Source: a bacterium (lineage in GTDB: Bacteria; Auribacterota; UBA3054). From it: 64,000 nucleotides of DNA. A model generated the notes under the pieces. That model made no database searches, was not told the DNA's origin, and was given only the letters and a program-made list of their open reading frames with translations. The translations under genes were made by a program, and so were the position numbers. Below, piece after piece: positions 36,569 to 44,946 of the stretch (its first letter is position 1; each line of letters begins with the position of its first letter). The stretch covers positions 174 through 64,173 of the forward strand of contig JAGCDY010000085.1 of NCBI GenBank assembly GCA_017650925.1, read 5' to 3'.

Positions 36569-36958
36569 TCAGAGGGCGGCGATGACTTCTATCTCGACGG
36601 CGACGCCTTTCGGCAGTTTCGCGACCTCGACGCAGCTCCTGGCAGGCGCGGTGTCGGAGGGAAAATATTTTCCGTAGACTTCGTTGACGGAAGCGAAATC
36701 GTTCATGTTGGAAAGAAAGACGGTGGTCTTGACAACGGCGTCGAAAGAGATCCCGGCGTTCTTTAGGATCTCGCCGATATTCTTGAGGCACTGCTCGGCC
36801 TGTTCCGCCGCGCTGCCTGTCACCAGTTCTCCCGTGGCGGGAATGATGGGGATCTGGCCGGAGGCGAAGAGGAAACCGTTGGCGGCGACGGACTGGTTGT
36901 AAGGGCCGATAGGGGCCGGGGCTTTCTCTGTGTTGAGGATCTTTTTGCTCATAATCAT
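36569..36958 (-). CDS. ridA: RidA (YjgF/TdcF) reactive-intermediate deaminase
   Basis: APAPIGPYNQSV..ASGQIP..VKTTVFL.DM.DF..VNEVY..PARS.VEVA.LP.GV.VEIE, the canonical family pattern. It lies directly downstream of ilvA. Confidence 0.9.
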   Translation of the reverse strand: MIMSKKILNTEKAPAPIGPYNQSVAANGFLFASGQIPIIPATGELVTGSAAEQAEQCLKNIGEILKNAGISFDAVVKTTVFLSNMNDFASVNEVYGKYFPSDTAPARSCVEVAKLPKGVAVEIEVIAAL

Positions 36959-36974
36959 CCTTAAATTTAAAATT

Positions 36975-38504
36975 TTATCTCAGGAAACACTCGTAAGCGG
37001 GGTTGTTCTTCTCGATGGTGTAGGGATATCCGAGGTTCTTCAGGACTTCGTCCAGCTGCGCTTTCTCTTCCGGCGGCACCATGAGTCCCATGAAGATCCT
37101 GCCTATGCTGGCGCCCAGGTTGCGGTAGTGGAACATAGTGATGTCCCACTTGCTGCCCATGGCGTCCAGGAAGGTCTTCAGCGTTCCGGCTCTTTCCGGG
37201 AACTCGAACAGGAAGAGCGTTTCTTCGCCCTTCAAATTGGCGTGGCCGCCCACCATGTACCTGACGTGCGTCATGGCGAGCAGATTCCCGGTCAGGTCGC
37301 AGATCTCGTAGCCCAATTCGTTCAGTTTGGCATAAAGCGTTTCCCGCCTCTGGCCGGGCGCGAGCCTGATGCCGACGAAGACGTAAGCCTTAGTGTCGTC
37401 GGAATGGCGGTAGTTGAACTCCGTCACGTCGTGGCCGTCTATGGCGGCGGCGAAGGCGCGGAAGGAGCCAGGCTGCTCTTTCAATTTGGCGGAGAAGAGT
37501 ATTTCGCCTTCCGCCATCTCGGCCAGCTGGGAGATGACTCTCAGCCGCTCAAAGTTGATGTTGGCGCCGGACAGAACGGTGGCGAAGACTTTGCCTTTAA
37601 CGTTGTTTTCGCGGATGTATTTCTTTATGCCCGCCAATCCGACGGAGCCGGAAGTCTCGGAAATGGCCCTGGTATCGTTGAAGATGTCGCGGGTGGCCGC
37701 GCAGATCTCTTCGGTGGTGACGGTGATGCAGCCATCCAAGTTGTCTTTGAGGATCTCGAAGGGAAGCGCTCCCAGCTGCTTGACCGCCACGCCCTCGGCG
37801 AAGAGGTCGACCTTGTCCAAGACGACTCTTTTGTCCTTGTCCATGGCGGCCTTGCAGCAGGCGCAGCCCTCGGGTTCGACCGCGAAGACTTTCACTTCCG
37901 GGCGGAAAGTTTTGATGTAGCTCGCCATGCCTGAGATCAGTCCGCCGCCGCCCACCGGGACGAAGACGGCGTCCAATTGTTCGGGATTCTGCCTAAGGAG
38001 CTCCATGGCGATGGTGCCCTGGCCGGCGATGACGTCCTGGTCGTCGTAGGGATGAATGAAGCTCAGGCCCTTTTCCTTCGCCAGGTCGAGCGCGTAGGCG
38101 CAGGCCTCGTCAAAGTTGTCGCCGTAGACTATGACTTCGGCGCCCAATCTTCTGACGTTGTTGATCTTTATGCTGGCCGTCGGCTTCGGCATGACGATCG
38201 TAGCCTTGCAGCCGTATCTGGAGGCGGCCAGGGCCACGCCCTGGGCGTGGTTGCCGGCGCTTGCCGCGATGACGCCTCTCTCAAGTTCTTCTTTCGCGAG
38301 CGAATGGATCTTCTGATAGGCGCCTCTCAGCTTGAAGGAGAAAACTTCCTGCTGGTCTTCGCGTTTCAGAAGGATTGTGTTGTTAAGTTTGGCGCTCAGG
38401 ATGGACATCTTGTCCAGCGGCGACTCTTTCGCGACTTCATAGACGGGAGTCGAGATGATCTTTTTTACGATTTCCGAAAACATTTCTATATCCTTTTCAA
38501 CCAA
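36975..38504 (-). CDS. ilvA: Biosynthetic threonine ammonia-lyase (threonine dehydratase)
   Basis: PLP-lysine motif SFKLRGA, glycine loop GGGGLISG, and two C-terminal ACT-like regulatory repeats. 509 aa. Confidence 0.93.
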   Translation of the reverse strand: MVEKDIEMFSEIVKKIISTPVYEVAKESPLDKMSILSAKLNNTILLKREDQQEVFSFKLRGAYQKIHSLAKEELERGVIAASAGNHAQGVALAASRYGCKATIVMPKPTASIKINNVRRLGAEVIVYGDNFDEACAYALDLAKEKGLSFIHPYDDQDVIAGQGTIAMELLRQNPEQLDAVFVPVGGGGLISGMASYIKTFRPEVKVFAVEPEGCACCKAAMDKDKRVVLDKVDLFAEGVAVKQLGALPFEILKDNLDGCITVTTEEICAATRDIFNDTRAISETSGSVGLAGIKKYIRENNVKGKVFATVLSGANINFERLRVISQLAEMAEGEILFSAKLKEQPGSFRAFAAAIDGHDVTEFNYRHSDDTKAYVFVGIRLAPGQRRETLYAKLNELGYEICDLTGNLLAMTHVRYMVGGHANLKGEETLFLFEFPERAGTLKTFLDAMGSKWDITMFHYRNLGASIGRIFMGLMVPPEEKAQLDEVLKNLGYPYTIEKNNPAYECFLR

Positions 38505-39265
38505 TTTGTGTAAAGCTCAAGCCAACCGTCCGTGGCCTTCCCGCAGGGCCTGGAGCCGAAGCCGTGCCCGCCTTCAGGGAAGAGATGCGCCTCCAGGGGA
38601 AGCTTTCTTTTCAGAAGCGCCTTTTCGTATGCCGTGTAGCTCGGGAAGTAGGGGTCGTTGGAAGCCTGCAGCAGGAAGGTCGGGGGATGATCTTTCTTAA
38701 GCGGGAAGCGCGGCTTCTCCTCGAGATAGGCCGGATAGATGAGGCCCAGGCTGTCGGGGCGGGCGCTTTCCCTGTCGATCTCGTCAACGGGCTCGTAAAG
38801 CTTTTTCCCGTAGCTTCCGGCGGCGAACGCGGACAAGTGGCCGCCCGCCGAAAAGCCCATGATGCCGATCGAATCCTTTTTGACGCCGAATTTGCCGGCG
38901 AAGTGACGCAGGTATCTTATGGCGCGGACAGCGTCGCAGAGCGCTGCTTCGCGCTGCTTGGGCACGCGGTACTTCAGAACGAAAGCCGAGATCCCGTGCT
39001 TCGACAGATACTCCGCTATCTCAAGCCCTTCGTAATCCAGGGCCAGAACGTCGTAGGCTCCGCCCGGGCAGACTATGACGGCCCGCGAGGGGGCTTTCGC
39101 GCCCTCGGCCGGGAAGGGGATGAGCGCGGGGTAATTGACGCCGGTTACGAGCGTGATAGGGGATTCGTCCGGTATCACGCGCTCCAGTTTGGAACGGTAC
39201 TTCCTTTGCGGCACCTTTTCCTCGGGCCACAGAAAGAGGGGATCTGGCAATGGTTTTTTCTTCAT
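38486..39265 (-). CDS. Alpha/beta-hydrolase esterase
   Basis: CPGGAY oxyanion region, nucleophile elbow GFSAGGHL, and a C-terminal GGHGF. It overlaps the ilvA start by 19 nt. Confidence 0.7.
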   Translation of the reverse strand: MKKKPLPDPLFLWPEEKVPQRKYRSKLERVIPDESPITLVTGVNYPALIPFPAEGAKAPSRAVIVCPGGAYDVLALDYEGLEIAEYLSKHGISAFVLKYRVPKQREAALCDAVRAIRYLRHFAGKFGVKKDSIGIMGFSAGGHLSAFAAGSYGKKLYEPVDEIDRESARPDSLGLIYPAYLEEKPRFPLKKDHPPTFLLQASNDPYFPSYTAYEKALLKRKLPLEAHLFPEGGHGFGSRPCGKATDGWLELYTNWLKRI

Positions 39266-39343
39266 GAAATTTATCAGTTTAAATTAAGATATTTTACCAA
39301 AAGGCTCCCCCTTTGGGCAATAGCGTCCCCGGGGAAGACCGGT

Positions 39344-39373
39344 TTGCCTACCAATAGGCGCTTTTGCTATAAT
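39344..39373 (+). promoter_or_regulatory. Sigma-70-type promoter for the nfu/GT9/dapB... + strand block
   Basis: TTGCCT (39344-39349), an 18-nt spacer, then TATAAT (39368-39373). It lies 38 nt upstream of the ATG at 39411. Confidence 0.55.
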
Positions 39374-39410
39374 CAATAGATAAAATTAAAAACTAAATAC
39401 GGGTGAAAAT

Positions 39411-39635
39411 ATGGAAGAACAGATCAAGAAGATCCTGGACGAAAAAGTTATCCCCCTGCTGCAGACCCACGGCGGTTCCTGCGAGTTCGTGGGAGTCGAG
39501 AACAACGTCGTGAAAGTCAGGCTGCAGGGCGCCTGCGGACACTGCCCGGGAGCGATCATGACGCTCCGCGGCTTCGTCCTCAAAGTTCTGCAGGAAGACA
39601 TTCCTTCTATCGAAGACGTGGTGAACGTTCAGTAG
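39411..39635 (+). CDS. NifU-like (Nfu C-terminal domain) Fe-S cluster carrier
   Basis: 74 aa with ..VRLQGACGHCPGA..TL, the CxxC motif typical of the NifU C-terminal domain. Confidence 0.85.
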   Translation: MEEQIKKILDEKVIPLLQTHGGSCEFVGVENNVVKVRLQGACGHCPGAIMTLRGFVLKVLQEDIPSIEDVVNVQ

Positions 39636-39642
39636 GGAAGAC

Positions 39643-40689
39643 GTGAAGTTCCTTATCATAAAGCCGAGCTCCCTGGGCGACGTGGCCTGCGCCATGCCGG
39701 TCGTAGCGCTAATAAAGAAGCGCTATCCCGACGCCCGCGTGGACTGGCTCGTCAATAAGGAATACGCCGGCCTGGTCATGGCTTCCGGCGTCGACCGCGT
39801 CTTTTCCATAGACCGTCGGGCCTGGAAGAAGATCTCCTCCTGGCCGAGAGCGCTCTTCAATTACCTGGGAGTGGCCGTAAAGCTGCCCTTCCAGCATTAC
39901 GATTACACCATAGACCTCCAGGGGCTCTTAAGAAGCGGGATCTTCACCGCCTTGTCCAACGCCAAGACCGCCATAGGCTTCGCCGACGGCAGGGAATGCT
40001 CGCCGATATTCTACGACGTCAAAGTGGTAGTCAACAGGAAGCTGACGCACTCCACGCTCTGCAACCTGGCCGTCCTAAAAGAGCTGGGTATAGAAAACGT
40101 CGAGGAATGGCCGTCTTTCGTGCCAAAGGACACGGCCGCGACGCTGGAAAAATTCGGTCTCGAGAAAAAGGGCTATTTCATAGCTGTTCCCGTAACGCGC
40201 TGGAAAAGCAAGAACTGGGTGCCGGAATTCATTGCGGAGACCGGAATGAAGCTTAAGGAGAAGCACGGCTGGCGCGGCGTCCTTTTGGGCGGCGACGACG
40301 CGAAAGGTGTCTGCGCCGCGATCTCCGAGATCGCCGGGGACGCTTTCCTGGACCTTTCCGGCAAGACCGACTGGGCCCAGTTTTTGGCGCTGAGCGCGGA
40401 GGCGGTCTGCGCCGTCACTCCCGACACCGGGCCGATGCACGTCATGGCTGCGGCGGGAACGCCCATGATCGCCGTGATGGGTCCGACCGACCCGAGGCGC
40501 CACGGACCTTACGGAAGCTGCAGCAAAGTCCTCCAGAGCAAAAGGCGCTGCCTACCCTGCTACCACAGGGACTGCGTCCTGGGAGAAGAGGGGAAGCCCT
40601 CGCTGTGCATGTCCGACATAACTCCGGACACGGTCTTGGAAGCCGTGGAAAAATTGCTGGAAGAATTGAATACCAAGGAAAATAAATGA
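39643..40689 (+). CDS. Glycosyltransferase family 9 (LPS heptosyltransferase-like)
   Basis: KFLIIKPSSLGDVACAMPVVALIKKRYPDARVDWLV, ..TPDTGPMHVMAAAGTPMIAVMGPT... GTG start. Confidence 0.8.
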   Translation: MKFLIIKPSSLGDVACAMPVVALIKKRYPDARVDWLVNKEYAGLVMASGVDRVFSIDRRAWKKISSWPRALFNYLGVAVKLPFQHYDYTIDLQGLLRSGIFTALSNAKTAIGFADGRECSPIFYDVKVVVNRKLTHSTLCNLAVLKELGIENVEEWPSFVPKDTAATLEKFGLEKKGYFIAVPVTRWKSKNWVPEFIAETGMKLKEKHGWRGVLLGGDDAKGVCAAISEIAGDAFLDLSGKTDWAQFLALSAEAVCAVTPDTGPMHVMAAAGTPMIAVMGPTDPRRHGPYGSCSKVLQSKRRCLPCYHRDCVLGEEGKPSLCMSDITPDTVLEAVEKLLEELNTKENK

Positions 40690-41459
40690 CGAATCTCTGC
40701 ATAGTCGGCGCCATGGGACGCATGGGAAACAACGTGGGCAGCCTTGCCGCCAGCTTCGGTTTCACCGTGAGCGGAGCGCTTGAATTCAAAGGCTCGCCCA
40801 ATGTCGGGAAAGCTTTTTGCGGCGTTAATGTGACGGACGACATAGAAGTTGCCCTGCAGGGCGCCGACGTCGTCATAGAGTTCGCGCTTCCAGACGGCAT
40901 AGCGGAAAGGGCGGCCGCCTACGCGGCCCATAAGATCCCGGCCGTCATAGGCACGACGGGCGTTTCCGAAGAGGGGCTCAGCGCGCTTAAAGAAGCCTCG
41001 GCCGCGATCCCTCTTATCCACGCCGCCAATTTCAGCCTGGGCGTCAATCTTTTGGGAGAACTTTTGAAGAAAGCCTCCGCCGTTCTTGGCGAGGAATACG
41101 ACGCCGAAATAGTGGAGATGCATCATCACAACAAGAAAGACGCCCCCAGCGGCACCGCGCTCTATCTCGCGAAGATGGTGGAAAGCGGCAGGGGAGTCGG
41201 AAAGGAAAAAGAGATCTACGGACGTTTCGGCAACGTCGGCGCCAGACCCTCTGGCGAGATAGCGATCCATTCGCTTAGAGGCGGCGACGTCGTAGGCGAC
41301 CACACGGTGATTTTCGCCGCGGACGGCGAGAGAATTGAATTCACTCACAAGGCCACGAGCCGCGCAAATTTCGCGTCCGGAGCCTTGAGAGCCGCGAAAT
41401 ATCTCATAGGAAAAGAGCCCGGCCTTTACACGATGGCCGACGTTATAGGTTTAAACTGA
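40686..41459 (+). CDS. dapB: 4-hydroxy-tetrahydrodipicolinate reductase
   Basis: [40 protein letters not shown] and [14 protein letters not shown]. Confidence 0.95.
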   Translation: MTNLCIVGAMGRMGNNVGSLAASFGFTVSGALEFKGSPNVGKAFCGVNVTDDIEVALQGADVVIEFALPDGIAERAAAYAAHKIPAVIGTTGVSEEGLSALKEASAAIPLIHAANFSLGVNLLGELLKKASAVLGEEYDAEIVEMHHHNKKDAPSGTALYLAKMVESGRGVGKEKEIYGRFGNVGARPSGEIAIHSLRGGDVVGDHTVIFAADGERIEFTHKATSRANFASGALRAAKYLIGKEPGLYTMADVIGLN

Positions 41460-41460
41460 G

Positions 41461-42405
41461 ATGAAAGGAAAAAACATACTGGTTACCGGCGGAGCCGGAT
41501 TTATCGGCAGCCATTTGACGGCTGAGCTTTTGAAAACGGGAAACCTGGTGACGGTCATAGACAACCTGTCGTCCGGCAGGATCGAGAACATCAGGGAGTT
41601 CGAGAGCGATCCGGCCTTCAGGTTCGTTGAGCACGACGTGTCTGAGCCTTACTGCGAGGATTTCGACCTGATCTTCAACTTCGCCTGCCCGGCCTCCCCG
41701 GACGCCTATCAGACCGATCCTATCCAGACGACGAAAACGAGCATGCTCGGCGCCTTCAACATGCTTGGCCTCGCCAAGCGCTGCGGCGCGAGGCTTCTGC
41801 AAGCTTCCACTTCGGAAGTCTACGGCGACCCGCTGGTCCATCCTCAGGTCGAATCTTACTGGGGCAACGTCAACCCCGTCGGCATCAGAAGCTGCTATGA
41901 CGAAGGCAAGCGAGTGGCCGAAACGCTTTGCAACGACTACCGCAGGCAGAACGGCGTCGACACTAAGATCATCAGGATCTTCAACACCTACGGCCCCAGG
42001 ATGAGGGTCAACGACGGCCGCGTCGTATCCAATTTCATCGTGCAGGCCCTGCAGGGGAAAGACATCACCGTCTACGGCGACGGCTCCCAGACCCGCTCCT
42101 TCTGCTATGTGAGCGACCTCGTCAGGGGGATAATCCTCATGATGGAAAAGGATGGCTTCCCGGGCCCCGTCAACCTCGGCAACCCCGGTGAATTCACGAT
42201 CCTGGAAGCGGCGAAGATCGTGATCGAGATGACCGGCTCGAAGAGCAAGATAATCAATCTGCCGCTGCCTTCCGACGACCCGACGGTCAGAAGGCCGGAC
42301 ATTTCCCTGGCCAAGTCGCAACTCGGCTGGGAACCGGAGATACCCTTCCGCGAAGGGTTGAAAAAGACGATAGAATATTTTGAAAAAGTGCTGACAAAAG
42401 GATAA
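41461..42405 (+). CDS. UDP-glucuronate decarboxylase (UDP-xylose synthase, UXS-type SDR)
   Basis: Collinear with eukaryotic and bacterial UXS, as I recall the sequence. Blocks: [109 protein letters not shown]. Confidence 0.88.
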   Translation: MKGKNILVTGGAGFIGSHLTAELLKTGNLVTVIDNLSSGRIENIREFESDPAFRFVEHDVSEPYCEDFDLIFNFACPASPDAYQTDPIQTTKTSMLGAFNMLGLAKRCGARLLQASTSEVYGDPLVHPQVESYWGNVNPVGIRSCYDEGKRVAETLCNDYRRQNGVDTKIIRIFNTYGPRMRVNDGRVVSNFIVQALQGKDITVYGDGSQTRSFCYVSDLVRGIILMMEKDGFPGPVNLGNPGEFTILEAAKIVIEMTGSKSKIINLPLPSDDPTVRRPDISLAKSQLGWEPEIPFREGLKKTIEYFEKVLTKG

Positions 42406-42409
42406 ATCT

Positions 42410-43705
42410 ATGAAAAGCCTGAAAGAAAGAATCCTTGACCGCGAAGCGCGCGTGGCTATCGTGGGACTGGGATACGTTGGTCTGCCTTTGGCCTGCGCGT
42501 TCGCGAGCAAGGGCTACAAAGTGATAGGCGTCGACCTCAGCGAAAAGAAAGTCGAGAGCCTGAAAAAAGGTGAGAGCTACATCATCGACGTCAAGTCCGA
42601 AACTTTGAAAGAGCTGGTGGACAAAGGGCAGTTCGCTCCCACCACCGATTTCTCCGTTCTCAGGGACGCGGACTGCATCTCCATCTGCGTTCCGACCCCT
42701 CTGGCCAAGACCGGCGAACCGGACGTCTCTTACATGATCAATGCCAGGGACTACATTCTGCCGCATCTCAAAAAGGGCACGCTCTTCGTCCTTGAGAGCA
42801 CAACGTACCCCGGCAGCACCAGGGAACTGATGATCAAGCCGCTTCAGAAGGCCGGCTTCGAGCTTGGCAAAGACGTCTTCGTCGCTTTCTCTCCCGAACG
42901 CGTCGATCCCGGAAACCCCAAATTCAACACTCTTAACACGCCGAAAGTCGTGGGCGGCGCCACGCCAGAATGCACGGAACTGGCGGTAGCCCTTTATTCC
43001 AGCATAATCCCGCAGATCGTGCCTGTCTCATCCTGCGAAGCCGCGGAAATGGCGAAACTCCTTGAGAACACTTTCCGAAGCATCAATATCGGCCTTGTCA
43101 ACGAGATCGCCATCATGTGCCGGTATCTGGGCATCGACGTCTGGGAAGTAATAAAAGCCGCTTCCAGCAAGCCCTTCGGCTTCATGCCGTTCTATCCCGG
43201 ACCCGGCATCGGCGGCCACTGCATCCCCATAGACCCCCTGTACCTTTCCTGGAAGCTCAGGACGCTGCATTACAAGGCCCGTTTCATCGAGCTGGCGGAC
43301 GACATCAACAGCGCCATGCCCGACTACGTCGTCGGTCTGATCGGCGAAGCCTTGAACGGTCATGAAAAGAGCATCAAGGGCTCCAGGATACTCCTTCTCG
43401 GCATGGCTTACAAAAAGGACATCGACGACCTGAGGGAAAGCCCTTCGCTCTTGGTCTACGACAGGCTGAGGCAGAAAGGCGCCGACCTTTTCTATCACGA
43501 TCCCTTCGTGAAGAGCTTCCGCTACAATGACGAAACGATCTCCGGCATCGGCGGAGAAAACATCGGATCGTACGACTGCGTTGTCATCCTGACGAACCAC
43601 TCCTGCTTCGACTACGAGGCGATCGCTAAGGAAGCGAAGCTTATCGTCGACACCAGGAACGCCACCAAAGACATCACGGATCGCGGCAATATCGTTACGC
43701 TTTGA
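42410..43705 (+). CDS. Nucleotide-sugar dehydrogenase (UDP-glucose/GDP-mannose dehydrogenase family; substrate not resolvable by eye)
   Basis: VAIVGLGYVGLPLA Rossmann motif, catalytic-Cys region GPGIGGHCIPIDP, and C-terminal GMAYKKDIDDLRESP. Confidence 0.8.
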   Translation: MKSLKERILDREARVAIVGLGYVGLPLACAFASKGYKVIGVDLSEKKVESLKKGESYIIDVKSETLKELVDKGQFAPTTDFSVLRDADCISICVPTPLAKTGEPDVSYMINARDYILPHLKKGTLFVLESTTYPGSTRELMIKPLQKAGFELGKDVFVAFSPERVDPGNPKFNTLNTPKVVGGATPECTELAVALYSSIIPQIVPVSSCEAAEMAKLLENTFRSINIGLVNEIAIMCRYLGIDVWEVIKAASSKPFGFMPFYPGPGIGGHCIPIDPLYLSWKLRTLHYKARFIELADDINSAMPDYVVGLIGEALNGHEKSIKGSRILLLGMAYKKDIDDLRESPSLLVYDRLRQKGADLFYHDPFVKSFRYNDETISGIGGENIGSYDCVVILTNHSCFDYEAIAKEAKLIVDTRNATKDITDRGNIVTL

Positions 43706-44946
43706 TGACCAGAAGATCCCGTCTGCCTCTTTCCGAACTGGCTTTCGTCTGGGGAGGGAACATCCTCAGCAAAGTCATGATGTTTTTCGCCACGATCTAT
43801 CTGGCGAACAAACTGGAGGTGGAAGGGTTCGGCGTCTTCAGCACGGCGTTCGCCATAACGAATTACATAAGCCTGGCGCTCTTCACCGGTCTTGACACGC
43901 TCACGACCGCGGAGAGCGCCAAACTTTCTCCCGAAAAAGTCTGGCCTTTTTCAAAGGAGCTTTTCGCCGTCAGGAGGAAGCTGGCTAATTTGGCCGTCAT
44001 TCTCATCGCTCTCATCGCTCTCTACATGGGAAAAGGGAATCGGGATTCCGGCTTCGCGCTTATCCTTTTCGGCCTGGGCTTCATTCCGCTGCAGTTCTAT
44101 ACCGTCAACGTCTTCTACGGGCTGGAGTGGTCCTGGCCGATCGCGGCTTACTTCGTTGGCGGACGCCTGGTCTACCTCGCGCTGCTCTTCGTTTTCGTCA
44201 ATAACAGCTCGAACCTTATGGCGGCCGCCGGCGCTTTCACGGCCGCCATCGCCATAGAGAACATTTTCCTTTTCCTCTGCCTTTTCCTGCGCTACGGGAA
44301 GATCGCGGACCGCGGCGTTCCGGCGCCCAAAATAAATTTGAAACCGGTCCTGCTTCTGACCGTGCTGTCCGCCCTCGTCCTGCTGCATGAGAACGCGCCG
44401 CAGTTTCTCGTCTATTTCATGAAGGGCGAGGAGGAGGCCGGGCTTTACGCTTCCTCTTTCAGGCTCATCTACACGGCCGTCACTTTCGCCAACCTTGGCG
44501 GCTTCGTCTTTCTGGCCAGGTTTTCCAAGGAGGAAGGCGAGGAGACTTACAAAAAGAGTCTGCTGCCGGCCCTCGTTCTGGGGATCCTTTTCGCGGCCGC
44601 CGGCTACCTATGCGCCGAACTGATCTACTCTTTCCTCTTTTCCAAATCTTATGAAGGCGGGGCGCTCGTTCTGAAGGCCGGGATCTTCCAGATGGCGCTC
44701 GTTCCCGCGAGAGTTTTGGCCTATCAGAGAGTGATCGCCAAAGGGAACGCCAAATCGGCGCTTTTGCCGCTCATTTTGGGCGTTATCCTGAGCATAGGCT
44801 TATCGGCATATATGATAAGCCTAAAAGGGGCTATAGGCGCCGCCAGGGGCCTTTTCTGCGGTGAAGCGGCTATCACCGCCATTTTGCTTTTCCTAGCCGG
44901 ACGGCCTATTTCGAAAGAGACTGGAGAGCGGTCTCCAGATGCGTGA
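43702..44946 (+). CDS. MOP-superfamily oligosaccharide flippase-like membrane protein
   Basis: 414 aa with about 12 TM helices. There is a 4-nt overlap with the dehydrogenase gene. I see no other motif. Confidence 0.5.
   Translation: MMTRRSRLPLSELAFVWGGNILSKVMMFFATIYLANKLEVEGFGVFSTAFAITNYISLALFTGLDTLTTAESAKLSPEKVWPFSKELFAVRRKLANLAVILIALIALYMGKGNRDSGFALILFGLGFIPLQFYTVNVFYGLEWSWPIAAYFVGGRLVYLALLFVFVNNSSNLMAAAGAFTAAIAIENIFLFLCLFLRYGKIADRGVPAPKINLKPVLLLTVLSALVLLHENAPQFLVYFMKGEEEAGLYASSFRLIYTAVTFANLGGFVFLARFSKEEGEETYKKSLLPALVLGILFAAAGYLCAELIYSFLFSKSYEGGALVLKAGIFQMALVPARVLAYQRVIAKGNAKSALLPLILGVILSIGLSAYMISLKGAIGAARGLFCGEAAITAILLFLAGRPISKETGERSPDA

Noticed and set aside
36569-38504. The ridA-ilvA adjacency as a potential novelty.
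   Set aside because: This is a well-known functional pairing. RidA quenches the enamine/imine intermediates released by threonine dehydratase. It is ordinary.
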